From the NCBI GenBank assembly GCA_964016885.1, contig OZ024740.1:296112001-296176000 (forward strand): a DNA stretch of 64,000 nucleotides, given 5' to 3'. Shown here one piece after another: positions 1-18,976 of this stretch. Both the position numbers and the translations under genes were made by a program. Source of the DNA: Eledone cirrhosa. Its lineage: Eukaryota. The notes under the pieces were generated by a model, which was not told the DNA's origin, searched no databases, and was given only the letters and a program-made list of their open reading frames with translations. How positions within the stretch are numbered: the first letter of the stretch is position 1; each line of letters opens with the position of its first letter.

Positions 1-5571
<5,571 letters not shown>

Positions 5572-5791
5572 TGTGTGTGTGTGTATCCATCTCTGTGTAA
5601 TATTGACCCTCCGTCTGACACCTTATAGCTAATACCTTAAGGGACCCACGTCGTTGAAAGCTTACGTCTTTTGACACTACAGTCGGTCGATTAATTGATT
5701 AACCAACATTCCTCTACTTTAATATTATATATATATTACCAGGAAATATTCATTTAACTGTAATTGTTTGCATAGTGATTAGATCATTCAA

Positions 5792-5940
5792 TATAATTGT
5801 TTCTACTTTTGGCACAAGGACAGCAATTAGCCCTAGTGTATTACTGAAAAGGCATAGTTAACGTTAGAATATAAGGGGCCATAACTCCATGCTGCAAAGC
5901 ATGGTGTCTGACGCTCTACCGATACTGCCAATCCACCGCG
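5792..5940 (-). mobile_element. tRNA-derived SINE (main family), internally deleted copy
   Basis: Matches the head (ccgatactgccaatccaccg) and tail (aattgtttctacttttggcacaagg) of the complete copies, e.g. 29919-30108. Confidence 0.85.
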
Positions 5941-6321
5941 TTGATTAGGTCATTCAATATAATAATACTCATCGTGTATAATGGTCTATATTACGCGTAT
6001 CGTTTTATGGAGTCTCTATCTTGCTATCTGTTTCTGTCTTATCTCTCTGCCACCACCACCCTACCGCCTTCTCACTCTTACGACTTTAGTAACAAATCCA
6101 CTCTTGCTGTTCCTGACAGACGCTCAGGTATTGTGCTGGGATAGAGAATGATGATGAATACGATTTTCTTGAAGAGAGAAAACAGTTTGATGTCACAAAT
6201 ACTAAAAATTAGGCGAGACAGAGAGACGCAGTGAAATAGACGTAGAGGGGCTACAATTAGAAGAGATGTGTTATTTAAAACGAAATAAATTGATATAATA
6301 TTGGTTTATAATTTTTTAACG

Positions 6322-6672
6322 ACGTGTATTTAGGACAATGGAAGGGTCTTTGGAGTAACGTTCTCGATAGAGTGCGTAGCTCGGAGATCAGAGAGTCAGT
6401 CCAGGTAGCGCTGCTACTTCTCCGAATTGAGAGATCACAGCTCTGATCTGATACTATGGGCATGTAGTTAAAATGTCTCAGGAAATAATCATCGCTGGAC
6501 TGGTCTTACAGACAAGACGACCAGCAGGAGACCCAGGGGTAGACCCTGAGCATGATGGTTGAATAATATCCATAATCTTGGCTATTCTCGAATTGGAAAC
6601 AGTTGCTTCTGGCAGGACCCGCTGCAAGGAATGTTTGGCGACTCAGTCCCCACGACCCTCTCAGGAATAGTC
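6322..6672 (+). mobile_element. RTE-clade (Rex3/Expander-like) LINE, 5'-truncated 3' end
   Basis: With frameshifts it reads GVT..DRVRSSEIRESVQVALLLLRIERSQL..YYGHVVKMSQE..RRPRGRP, the C-terminus typical of RTE ORFs. Homologous to 24740-25023. Confidence 0.8.
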
Positions 6673-7283
6673 TAAGATACATTTTGCTTAAAAAGAGATT
6701 TGATGTATAGCTGGTGAAAATCCGAAATAAATTCAAAATGCTTCTGTTATGTTCAATTTACAGTTGAACGTTACAGCAATTCTATCGGAATGTCTATTTT
6801 ATTTATATTTTGAATGCGAGAGTATAAACATTTTCATATACTGGAAAGGCTTTATAGCAATTCTTCTCGGCGTATTTATCAGAATTCACTGCTGCAATTA
6901 GTCGGGAAGGCTTCCAGTCTGATGATACTTCCTTCTACCACTCTGAAAAAGCTTCATTGACTCTGCCCGTCCTTATTTGAAGAAGCTCATGAATAATTTA
7001 AAAGAAAGTTCAATTAATTTGCTTGCATCAGAAGCTGCTTTTGTTTTCAATGAGTCAACGATGGAGTATCTATGCTATCGCTCGACTTGGTGGAAATAGA
7101 AGCCACATATCGTATCTTACAAAACAGAAAGATAATATATGGTGGGTTTCCGAGAACAGAAACCAAAACCTAAGCATCACAACATCTTGTTTTCAAAAAC
7201 TCGCCGAAATGCAGAAACTCTTGCATCAGACTTCTTTGAAGTTGTTTAGGATATTCTGCAACAAGACTGCAAGATATTTTTGT

Positions 7284-7319
<36 letters not shown>

Positions 7320-7411
7320 CGAAGGAAGTGTGGTAAGGAACCAGGTGAACCATAACGCACCAGAGTACTCAATACTTAGGGTAGTAGAGTGGGTAATAGG
7401 AAAATGTTCAA

Positions 7412-7538
7412 GACCCGACGGTACAGCTCAAGCCGTTTCGACGGCTATTTCTGAACTAAATTAGATTTTTACCACGCTAAAAATTTAATTTAGTCGAGAA
7501 ATAGCCGTCGAAACGGCTTGAGCTCTGCCGTTGGGGTC
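7412..7538. repeat. Imperfect inverted repeat (~60-bp arms, 6-nt loop) inside a segment flanked by (TA)n
   Basis: agctcaagccgtttcgacggctatttct pairs with agaaatagccgtcgaaacggcttgagct. Confidence 0.9.
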
Positions 7539-7551
7539 GTGATCATTTTCC

Positions 7552-7583
<32 letters not shown>

Positions 7584-7651
7584 AATGAAGTAATTCCGTC
7601 GGAAAAGTCCAGGAAAAAGAGTGCTCTATGTAGGTAACAGAGCTTAATAGT

Positions 7652-7892
7652 TATGTAATAAACAACATAAGGCAATTATTCCATTTACCAGTGGTTTCTT
7701 AAAAGCAAAAAATTTTGCTTTCAATCCTCAGAATGAAAAAATCCTGGTCTTTTTATTGAATTTGGATTCTAAAAAGTTTAGAATCCAAATTCAATAAACA
7801 GACCAGGATTTTTTCATTCTGAGGATTGAAAGCAAAATCTTTTGCTTTTAAGAAACCACTGGTAAATGGAATAATTGCCTTATGTTGTTTAT

Positions 7893-7898
<6 letters not shown>
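7652..7898. repeat. Near-perfect palindrome, ~122-bp arms, 3-nt loop at 7774-7776
   Basis: tatgtaataaacaacataaggc...ggattctaaa/aag/tttagaatcc...gccttatgttgtttattacata, with only a few mismatches. The right arm runs directly into (TA)n. Confidence 0.95.
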
Positions 7899-7943
<45 letters not shown>

Positions 7944-8329
7944 AATGACGAAATTTAAACTGTATTGCCTGTTTACTTATAAGTGTTTAGACAAAACTCA
8001 GATTGTATTAAATGACTCAAAATTTTGGTTTTATATTTTTGAGAGTAGCTGTTAACTTTTTAGCAAAAGAATTAATAATATTAGAACGAGGTTAATCTTA
8101 ATTCCATGCTTTATGCTGACAGCTGTCATGGTAAATTCTTAGTTCTTTGATATCTTTCAGTGTACATGGGCAAACGTGGAATCCACTTTGTGATCACTCC
8201 ATTTGCTTATTGTTATAAAAGGACACATTGGACAACGTAATCCTAATTATACAAAAACTATACAAAAGCTGGAAAGGTTACGATCCTTGGTATGTCCAAT
8301 CAAGACTGACTTTCAGAAAAATAACAAAG

Positions 8330-8950
8330 AAGCTCTAGTCAGTAGATTGTAAAGTAGGAAACCCTGTACATTACAGTTGGTAACATTTCTTCTTAATTTC
8401 TTCAAGTAAACGTTTGTGTAGAAACGTGGACAGAAAGGATTACATAATTTTAGTTCCGTGAAAGGAATGGGGCTTGTTGCTTTGTACTTATATTTGGCAG
8501 TGAGAAGTGGTTTTAGGAGAAGGGAAAATGAAGGATGCATAATACGGATCCATAGCTGGTTTACTAGATCAGAGAAGCAGATACTGTTCTAAGTGTAGAA
8601 GATACAAAAAGAACATGCAGTTAGTGATATTAACGTGTTAGTTTGTGATAGTTTGTCACTATCCGGTTATTTTTTTATATGGTTTATTTTATTCGTATAT
8701 GTTCACCATCTTAGATATTTGAGGAGTTTCCTAGTGTGAGTCACAGGAAACCTTGTGCAGGATCAATAGCTTTTCCGAGATGACAGAAAACGAAGATTTT
8801 GATGAGCCCTCTTTGTTATGTTATCCTCAGAATGATATAGGTAGTGCCATGTAGATTGTTAATATACAGTACAATGTGTGTACGAGAGAATCACACTCTA
8901 ATGTACACCAGGGTGAACAGGACATGACTGGGAGATGGATCTCTTAATAT
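8330..8950 (-). pseudogene. Highly decayed LINE ORF2 remnant (Jockey/CR1/L2-like RT and C-terminus)
   Basis: The minus strand gives GVH*SVILS..LYINNL (GVPQGS..YINDL-like) and, further on, ACSFCIFYT*NSICFSDL. Confidence 0.45.
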
Positions 8951-8954
8951 ATGG

Positions 8955-9095
8955 TTTGGTAGAGTCGTGTGAGCGTTGGACAAATGCTTATTCATATTTG
9001 TTCAGGCTCGTTACGTTTTGAGTTCAAATGCCGTCGCGGTTAGCTTGGCCTTTCATCTTTTCGAGGTCGACAAAAGTACCAGTTACATACTTGGG
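8955..9095 (+). mobile_element. Older diverged copy of the main SINE
   Basis: B-box gagttcaaat plus the core gcctttcatcttttcgaggtcgacaaaagtaccag. Confidence 0.7.
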
Positions 9096-9817
9096 TTACT
9101 ATAATCTGATCTATCTCCTTTCAAAATTATTGGGTTTCTGGCTAAATTCGAAACTATATGTTGTGATAGCGTTTTCAGACTTGAAGCTTTTATGTGTTCG
9201 TAATGGGGAGGGGCCATCAAGAAAGATGGGTTTCCAGTTGATCTGCTTCTGGATATCGCGTAGGAAGAGGTCCTCAAAATTAAAAATATATTGTTCATTT
9301 TCAAATGTCTTCATCAATTTTGTGATGTTGAGATTTAGATCAATAGAACAGTTGTTGGTAGGTTTCGTAAAGTAATCTACTTAGTACAAACTGTTGTATA
9401 TTTTGATTGTTTAGTTTGTAGAAATGATAGGCTAACTTGAGAGCAGATTTGAGAATTCTCTGCGGACCGCTGTCGTATTTTGTCATTTGACTGACAATAT
9501 GATCGTATTCCTATTTTCAACTTGCCGTTGAATCCATACAGCAAGGCTCTGTTGAAAGCTCTTTTGAAGCGTCAGTATGAACTTAGGTCTTCAATATCCT
9601 TTTTCCAACTGGAAAATTAATGCCACTTTTACCAGAAATTAGATTTCTACTGGTACGAAGAAGCAGAAAAATAAGTTTCTTATAGTCTTAAGAAATATAC
9701 CATTTCTTAGCAATGCTCATCAGTAGACGTTCCGTTAAAACCAAGGGAATATACTGAACATGAGATCACTAAATTGACTCAGCATTTCACTGTTTGCAAA
9801 CCAATGTACTTGAAGTA

Positions 9818-10000
9818 TTGTTTAGGCTCGGGTCAACTTTGATTGAGCAAACCTATTATGAAAGGCGTTCCACGTTTAACTATACATCTTTATAGGAATG
9901 TCATTATCTAATGCGTCTTTCTATTGTTAAAATAGTAGGGTTTAATTCAACGAAGTTTGGCTGCCATTTCTACATGTCCAGTGACTGCGTACTGGCTACA
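9818..10000 (+). mobile_element. Second dispersed repeat family (SINE-like); other copies at about 8140-8310(-), 10790-10925(+), 27230-27335(-) and 39970-40140(-)
   Basis: Shared motifs tgat(c/t)gagca(g/a)ac.tat.atgaaag...ttcca, cattatc.aatg.gtc.tt and tttggctg.yatttcta occur in several copies. Confidence 0.6.
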
Positions 10001-10269
10001 CCACTGGCTTGAACCTGACATGCTGTGTACATTGTACTTATATAGTCCAGTGTAAATTATTTAAATATTTACCAAGCTGTAAACATCTATTTTTAAAAAA
10101 TATCTCAATTTAAAAAAAAAAAATTTAGGTGATTGTGTATGTGTGTGACAATTTATACTTAAATATACCAACAATTGATTTTTCGCACGTGAAAAATGGT
10201 AGGGAGATCTGAAGTGTAGGTTGTTTGTTTTACTTAAGCTACTGTTTGACTTCAGCTACTACTATTACT

Positions 10270-10485
10270 ACAGTTTATCTACGTTTTGTAAACCCCATCT
10301 GTCTCTTATCTCTAGGATTACAAGTTTCATATCTGACCGCGCTATCACAACTTAAATTGTTAGAGCTTCTCCACCTCACTCTCAGTAACTTTCACTCAAC
10401 TCTGGTGTACATCAACAATCTTCTCACCGTTACCTGTAACAACACACATTGCTATGCAGATGATATCACCATTACATATTTATAA
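10270..10485 (+). pseudogene. Non-LTR retrotransposon reverse-transcriptase fragment
   Basis: ITSFISDRAI, then SGVHQ overlapping VYINNLL..THCYADDIT (YADD catalytic motif). Confidence 0.7.
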
Positions 10486-12204
10486 TATTGCCAAGAGAGC
10501 ATTTCAGAATCTTGCGCTAGAAAATACTTGAGTTTATGCACATATTCTTTTTTCGATAATTATTATATCTTAAGTACATTTTTATTCCGATTACATTATC
10601 GGATGTTCTTAAAATTCAATATAACTGGCATTTTTATTCCTAATCTATAACATTGTAATACTCCACTGTTAACATTGCTTTTCCTTACTCTGTAGTTTAT
10701 AAATGATGTTCTGTGATAAACTTAATCAGCTATACCAGATCGTGGGATATGCTCCGCTGATTCAGACTTTTAATCTGTTGGCAAATTGATCAGTCCTGAT
10801 CGAGCAGACTTATAATGAAAGATATTCCAATCTTAACCACCCCGTCTTTGCTGGGTAAATCTAGGAATACATAATAGTTCCCTTTTTTAAAAAGGGTAAC
10901 CTGTAATTTGAGAGAAGTATAGCTACAAATGCATCACCTTGTTCGAAAGTGAAAAATTGATATCATAGCTTTATTGTAGTTATATTAACAAAAATGCATT
11001 GATTATCTATGTTTATTGAACACTGTTTAAGCAGACAACTGATATGAACTTTTAATGTGTATTAGAAAATTTAAAAGCGTGTCAATCGAGGTTAGGACTC
11101 CTGAAAAATACACAAACACCTTTGATAAAAACCAGTTTTACCCGCTATAGCTAATTCGAACTGTCATGTATTAGATGCTGATAGCCTCTTAATGCAGTTA
11201 GAAACGAACTCCGTCAACCCTTTGCTTCATTATTTAGACGACTCCTTTAAGAAAAAAGCCGAATATATGTTTTCTACTTGCTCTAAAAAAATGTAGATGC
11301 GTCGCTTTTATAACTTGTTTCACTATTTTTAACTGCTTAAGGGGACTGCATTGACCCCATTATCTTTTTTTATTCCTACGATTCAATAAGCAATGTTAGG
11401 TTAGTCACCTCCTACTGGGAAGAAATAAAAGTAAATATTTCACCGAGGCAAATGTTTTGTCATGTTTTCTTTCACCTGATAACACATTTATAGTTTTTGC
11501 TGACAATTCAATCTTAAAACTATATCGAGTGTTGATTATATTGTTCTAATTGAAAATATACGCACAAAAGATATTCTAATTGAAAATATACTCACAAAAG
11601 ATATTATTCTAATCATTTCTAGCGCTTTTATTTATATGCGTGTGTATTATAAGACTTTGAAAAAGAAACAAAACAAAAAGACCTAGTTCAAACATCATTT
11701 ATCATTCTTCATATCAAATTTCTTCGACATGCTTGAAAACCTTTCGTTTACCTAGAATAAACTACCGGCAAATAAATTGGGCTGCCTCTACCTTATTGAA
11801 GTTAAAGCCGTAGTATTTGTTCAAAAGAAGTTTTTCTTTCCTGACGATCTATTTGAATAGTCTTTCGTCCATTTTCTTCCTCTCAATTTGAATACATTTG
11901 ACTGAAAGTTTCACAGAAAATAAACCTGTTTATATCAAGAATATTCTAGGCAAATTTTTCTCTATTTCATTATTTTACTCGTTTCCGTCTTTGGGTTGTA
12001 GCCAAGCAATGTCAGCGCTTTTAAGGATTTGTTGCTGATTATATCGACAGAGTATTTTGTTTGATACTTATTTTATGGGACTCATATGAAACAAAAATCA
12101 AGTCGACCTTAGAGAAAATGATATAACTTAATCGGAACTAAATACCAAGAGTTATGCACGCTCAAGGCACCGATTGTATTCGGCCTTTACACACAAATAT
12201 CTTA

Positions 12205-12620
12205 TTTGTTGTCGGCAATTTTTCGGTGTCGAGGATGATTGTACACCACATCTAACTTATGTGAACTTTCGTGTGACTATGTAGGTCAATACATACTCTC
12301 CAGGTCGGGAAGCTGATCGGACCTATCTTGTCTACGTCACTGTGTTTGCCGCTTCATGTTCCTTTCTATGCTCACGTTTATCGTTGAGATGTTGGGTTCT
12401 ATTATAAAGGACCCGTCTCTACCTGTGTCGGTTATTCGCCAACGATTACCACTTATACACATTAATGCCAAACCTTTTGGAATTTGATTCAAGTACGTCG
12501 TTGAACCGCTTTCCTTGTGCCTTTGACATTTCTCCATCTATTGCCACTGAATGTACATAATGTTTCTCGGACATATTTTGGGGTTTATTTGCAGCTTGTG
12601 GCAATGTCACCTATAACTTG
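12205..12620 (-). mobile_element. RTE (BovB/RTE-1-like) LINE 3' end, decayed
   Basis: The minus strand gives KRFNDVLESNSKRFGINVYKW*SLANNRHR*RRVL, followed by a His-containing DLHSHTKVH C-terminal motif. Confidence 0.65.
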
Positions 12621-13232
12621 TGCAGGTTTCGGAGCTATATAGAAGTTTGTATACAATAGCAAACTTATGGCTGTAGTCTGACTGAAATCAGAAAAAGAAT
12701 AAAAGAAAAATACATAAGTTTGGAAACTTGTCTCAGATTGTGATCTTTTATATGCTTGTTTTCTCAGAGAACCAAAAGTTACGCTGGTACATAATATTTG
12801 TTAATGAATTTCCTCCTCAATATCTGGTATGTGATATGTAGCTAACCATATATTGTAAGTGCTCAATATTTTCCACCATCTGACCATATACCTGAATGGT
12901 TGTTGTGCCTAATGCAATCTATTTACAGTTGTTCTAGCATAGATTTTGCTGAGGGTTGCCATCCGGGTGGTATATTTGCACGCCAGGTGGAAGTTTTCTC
13001 ATAGTGGGATCAGGCATAGACGAGAGCAAGATGAAAACGTGCGCATGGAGTGAATATGCATCTCTTCCTTCATCCAAATTTCAGTTCAAAATGATCAGTT
13101 GTTGAAGACTGGCACCCCACTTCTGCTTTCATGTAATTGTGAAAAAGACCTGTGATTGCGATGAGGTTTTTATAGGCAGCCAAATTTAGCCTACTCAGCC
13201 TCAGGGTTGCTGATATTAAAAAAAGCAACAGA

Positions 13233-13440
13233 GGCTATGGGTTGGTAGAATCCTTTGAGTGTCGGACCAAAGGCTTTGCGGTATATAGGTATGTTTCTTT
13301 ACGTTCTGGGTTCAAGTCCGATCGAGGTAATTCTATGACTTTCGTCCTCCTGAGGTCGATAAAATAAACCACTAGTCAAATACTGGATCGATTTAATCAA
13401 ATCACCGGCCTTGTGTTTAAAGTAGAAATCGATATTAAAA
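13233..13440 (+). mobile_element. Older diverged copy of the main SINE
   Basis: A-box-like ttggtagaatc, B-box gggttcaagtcc, core gaggtcgataaaataa and tail ggccttgtg..aagtagaaa. Confidence 0.75.
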
Positions 13441-13619
13441 GAAGAAATGCATAACGATTTACATTGCTCAGAGCATTTCTCCTGTAGCTGGCGAGCACAG
13501 ATACTATCAAATGTCGGGAATCAGATTGTAATTTGGATAGGTGAGTTTTAGTAGTTTTCACAGATGCTGAATGTATGTCACCAAATTCCTTCTGTTTCAT
13601 CAGAATGTGGGCCCCATAG

Positions 13620-13915
13620 CACTTTTGGGGTGAGAAGCAAACGAAGTTGCTAGCACTTGCCTAGCTACCGCCTCTTGCCTCCAAAGGGAAGAGTCAACTT
13701 TATGACCTTTCCACAGGTTGATATCATTAGGTGTCCTGTACAGCACCTAATGTATGCACATACATCCGAGGGAATCAGCAGTATATCCCTCAAGGTAGTG
13801 GCTAACCAAACACTAGGGCAGAAGACATTTGCACACAATGATATGCAGCGGGATCGAAACCAGACCCACATGGCTGCGAAGCGAACTTCAGTCATGTCTA
13901 CGCTACAGAATTTCT
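13620..13915 (-). mobile_element. Different tRNA-derived SINE family; a related head lies at about 33170-33280(-)
   Basis: The minus strand has ggtttcgatcccgctgc (B-box-like) followed by gcaaatgtcttct. The 33.2-kb copy has gtgtggttaag...ttcaatcccactgc. Confidence 0.5.
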
Positions 13916-14700
13916 GTGCATCGTTTTTTTTTTTGTTTTGTTTTTTTTTCCATGACAACAAAAGAAATACAAAGGATAATTTATATAAATCAGTTAAGGG
14001 GGATGGTTATACTGAAAGGTGTATGCAAAATGTCTTCAATTAATTGAAATGTATCTCGTAGTTAGAAAACAAAAACAATCTATCTGTAATTGTTAGCGAC
14101 TCTAAAATGAAAAAGAAAATATATATCTCCCAGGTATATACCCATATTTTTCCGTTCAGTGGTTTTATACACCCCATTATTAGACTATATTATGTAGTCA
14201 ATGTTACGTCGACGCTTCTATTTCAATTCTAATATAATTTCAAGAGCTTCAGAATTAATTTCACATAAATCTTGATATTCTTGTTTAATGAGCAAGGTGA
14301 TTGCTACGGACATGTTTTGGTCGTATTAACGCTCGTCGGCAAAGCTTAAACAAATTTTAGTCGACAAAGATTTTTAAATATAGAAAAGGCTTTGGCTTGT
14401 AATTTGTATAATTCATAAAATATGATCGAAGTGGATTAACTCAAAATGAACGAACGGCATGAAAATAGATAAACCAGGTAAATGAACTGAACTGAACTGA
14501 ATGATTTACACAAATAATTCTTAATTGAATTTTACCTCCGTCGCTAACGAAGTGATTTACAAATAATTCCTAGCTCTGATAACCCCCCCCCCCCCCCAGA
14601 AGTCTGTGGGAAAGAGTTACAGTCAATTGAATTAATTCCATTGTATTGCTGGTTATCCCCTTTGTAGAAATGTAGGGCCAAGTCAACTCAGACGAGATCT

Positions 14701-15328
14701 TGACAAAATAATGGTTTCTGATTTAAGCACAAGGCCAACAATTTTGGGGGGCAAGGGAAGTCGATTAAATCGATCAATGCATTACTGATGCTTTATTTTA
14801 TGGACTCCGTAAGAATGAAGGGCAAAGCTAAACTCAGAAAGTAAAGGGCTGTAACTATTTACCATAAAGCATGTTGTCTGACGCTCTACCGATACTGCCA
14901 ATCCACCGCCCTCTGGGACTAAATAATTGTTTCTATTTTTGGCACAAGGCCAGCAATTATCCCAGTGCGTTACTGGTACTTTATTTTGTCGATCCCGTAA
15001 GGATGAATGGCAAAGTTAACCTCGACGGGATTTGAACTCAGACCGTAAAGGGCTGTAACTCTATGCTGCAAAGCATGCTTCCGACCCTTTACCATTGCTG
15101 CCAATCTACCGGACTAAATAATTGTTTCTACTTTTGGCACAAGGCCAGCTATTACCCCCAGTACATTACTGGTACTTTATTTTATCGACCCCGTAAGGAT
15201 GAAAAGCAAAGTTAACCTCGGCAGGATTTGAACTCAGAATGGCAAGGGGCGTAACTCTATACGTCAAAGCATGGCGTCCGACCCTCTACCGATACTGCCA
15301 ATCCACCGCCCTTACCGGACTAAATAAT
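14701..15328 (-). mobile_element. Array of three SINE copies separated by the direct repeat ggactaaataat
   Basis: Repeat at 14916, 15111 and 15317, with a degenerate tgacaaaataat at 14701. Confidence 0.9.
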
Positions 15329-16490
15329 GCAAAGCATTTGGTCACGCATTCTTCTATTTCTGGCCCTCCTATAATTTTTAAGTGCAGAACCTATTGCCAA
15401 GTGACTTTGGCCTCTATTTTATTGTAAAAGAATGAGCTGTAGTAATTGATCTAAGTAGGTTTTTAATCTGAAATGAATGTTATATATAATGTTACATTTT
15501 TACTCCGATCACCCACTTTTCTTATCTACCCTCCTTTATAAACTATTTCATTCAGACTTCGTTAATTTCTGCAGTTTCAGCTGTATAAGAAGCCAATTTC
15601 GGGGCTTCGGGGCAAAAAGGTTGAAGGACAATTAAAAAAGGCTTTGGTCCTGAGTTTTATTTATTAGTGCTAATAACTTAATCCACTTAACGAAGGAAAT
15701 GAAAAACTGTTATGGAATGTTATCCATGCTTTGACTTGAAAACATTTAAAACTGCTACTTTTTCAACATAGAGCGTACAGTTTGCTTACGTTTGTGTGAT
15801 TAGCATTTTCGAAAGGAAAGTTCGAGATGATGCACACGTCTATACTTCTCTTTCATCATTTCTTCTTTTTGATAGTCTATATTTTAACCCAACGCAAATC
15901 AAGTCAAACCTTTATTCCTAGAAGCCGAACATTCACTTGTCGATGAGAGTCGAGGTGCGGCCTAACTGCAAACTCTACAAATAAGTTATCAGATGGTAAA
16001 GATGGTAAATATCACGTCCAGTAGTATGTAAATTAATTCTATATATGAACATATAACGTACGAGTGTTCAGAAATAATGAAAGGGCTGCCACTGATTTTA
16101 TGAGCTCGAAATAATGTTTTAAGGCACGCCACTTTCGAAATGATGCAAAACGTGTTTTCTTCTCATAATATTGTTAATTGTGACTAATGAAAATAAAAAT
16201 AAGAAAAGATGTATCAGGTTGGGTGTGTTGATTTGTTATACTGTAAAGGGTACCACAATAAACATCTGTTTCTTTTTTATAACTACATATCAATAAATAT
16301 TGATTAGGTATAGCAAACAATAAACTTGCTTGTAAATGTCTTCTCGTTACCATGAGAGCTATTACTGTTTCTAGAAATAAAAAATCTGTTAAAGCAGTAT
16401 GCAGTCATGCTTCATAGTGTATATACATTAACTAATGACATCTGCTCAACTGCATGTAACAGATGCAAGATTTTATGAATAATTAACTGA

Positions 16491-16743
16491 TTTCAGAAGA
16501 ATAATGGTTTCTGATTTAAGCAAAAGGTGAACAGTTTTCGTGGGGAAGGGGCAAGTCGATTAAATCGATCCCACTGCGCTACTGGCGCTTTATTTTATCG
16601 ACCTCGTAAGAATGAAAGGCAAAGCTAACCTTGGCGGGATTTGAATTCAGAACATAAAGAGCCGTAGCTACATGCCGCAAACATGTTGTCCAACGCTCCA
16701 TCGATACTGCCAATCCACCACCCTTGGTTTCAGAAGAATAATG
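16491..16743 (-). mobile_element. Full-length SINE (long form) with a 16-bp TSD
   Basis: TSD tttcagaagaataatg at 16491-16506 and 16728-16743. A-box tggcagtatcg and B-box gaattcaaatcc on the minus strand. Confidence 0.9.
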
Positions 16744-17693
16744 AATAGAAGAAATTACAGAATTCAGGTGTCCAGTTATTGAATCTCTACTCCGTACCTC
16801 TGATATTTTATTGTTCTTTTTATGTAAATCTTATATTGCAGTAAACTCCGTTAACATCAGTTTCGTGACTGACAATAATGCTAACTGTATTCTATGAAGT
16901 TAGTGAGTCCCTATATTTGTACTTCTACTAACATTTTAGGGTGTCCTTTGAATTTACGAGAGGACTCCAGTAAATAGGTTCCTTTTTAATATATAACATA
17001 CAACAGATATAAGGGTTAGATCTATAAACAGATAACCTTAAGCAATACAATAGATGTGGATCATTTCTTGCAGTAGTTTGGCAGTGTTTTAATATAAGTA
17101 TATATGTTCTATCTGCCCACAGGTGCAAAATACTTGAACTCCTTTTTGTCACTATGTTCACAATTTCACAAAGGATTAACAATACTTCATAGCCATCCAT
17201 CATGTTTCCTCAACACTCAACCCTGGTGATTATCGTAAACAGCTCTAATCTGGGTTTGACAAAATGTGCTCTATTTGTGGCGGCAGCTTTTTAGGTTGGA
17301 GTGTGGAGCACAAGTATGATTAAGATAGTGATAACAGCATTCCATTTTCTCTTAAATTTAACCCACATCTTTGTGATAATTACGCTTGCTTGATGTGTAC
17401 TATAAGGCGACCTACACCACCCATTCATTCACTTAACCGATTTCTTACTTTCTATCACTGTCATAATGTCTGTCAGTCTCTCATTTATATATTATTTTTT
17501 CTGATGTTTATATAGTCACTCTCTTTCTTTACTCTCTCTTTATCACTCAATCCACACATACACATCTATATACATATATACATATATGTATACATACCAA
17601 AAGATCCGCAATAGGGTGAAAGCAGAAATTATTTGCTTAAACTTTGCTTAAGCTTTGCTTAAATCTGTACTACTAATAATATATATATGCATA

Positions 17694-18160
<467 letters not shown>

Positions 18161-18371
18161 TGTGAGAAAAACCACAGACCCTCCATCTCAACTCTACTTT
18201 TGAAAAGCAGAACTGCGAACCCGGTAAAGGAACCAAATAAATATATATATATTTTAAAACATAAGACTCCAGTTGCATTTTCGATTTCATCTTTTTTTCT
18301 TTATACTTTCACTCGTGTAGGACACCTCGTTTATTTTTCATTTTGTAAAAAAAACCTCACTTTCTAATAAT

Positions 18372-18406
<35 letters not shown>

Positions 18407-18465
18407 GTGTAATGAATTCTTTTACAATCAAATTAGCTCAAAGAAAGAAATATTTCTGAACCGTG

Positions 18466-18941
18466 TAAAACATTTAAATATAAATTAATATATATGATGA
18501 AACACAAATACCAACATATCTGTATTTATATTGCAAAAGAAAATTTAGCTAGAATGAGGTATACTAATTATAATATTACAGTCTGTCCATATCGATTTAA
18601 AATAATAAATCAACAAAGACGAACTGTATTGCCAAATGGCCATGATGTTTAGACACATTTAAATTTCAAAATCAAACCTGTTCCGTAGATAAGTTTAAAC
18701 TTTAAAATCCAAATATGTTTCGAGATGAAAAAGTGTAAGGAATATCATGTCCTGCTCTCTTCAGTAAACATCCAGGGACAAATTGATATGCTTCACTTCT
18801 AAATAATTTAAAAGACTGTGTAACGCACATGTTTCACAGTTTCTAGCTAGCCTCATAACCGTACTGCTAGAAATAACAGCCGTATATATAAATACAGATA
18901 TGTTGGTATTTGTGTTTCATCATATATATTAATTTATATTT

Positions 18942-18951
<10 letters not shown>
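18466..18951. repeat. Perfect 66-bp inverted repeat (18466-18531 and 18886-18951) with a ~350-bp spacer
   Basis: taaaacatttaaatataaattaatatatatgatgaaacacaaataccaacatatctgtatttatat and its exact reverse complement, which abuts (TA)n. Confidence 0.92.

Positions 18952-18976
<25 letters not shown>

Noticed and set aside
7815-7835. ctgagga-tt-gaaa hammerhead-like core (also ctgagaa..gaccgaaac near 25895-25920 on the minus strand)
   Set aside because: No room for stem II in the first and a broken CUGANGA in the second. A covariance-model search would be needed.
11543-11610. 30-bp tandem duplication (similar small ones at about 39467-39500 and 39885-39955)
   Set aside because: Ordinary slippage duplications.
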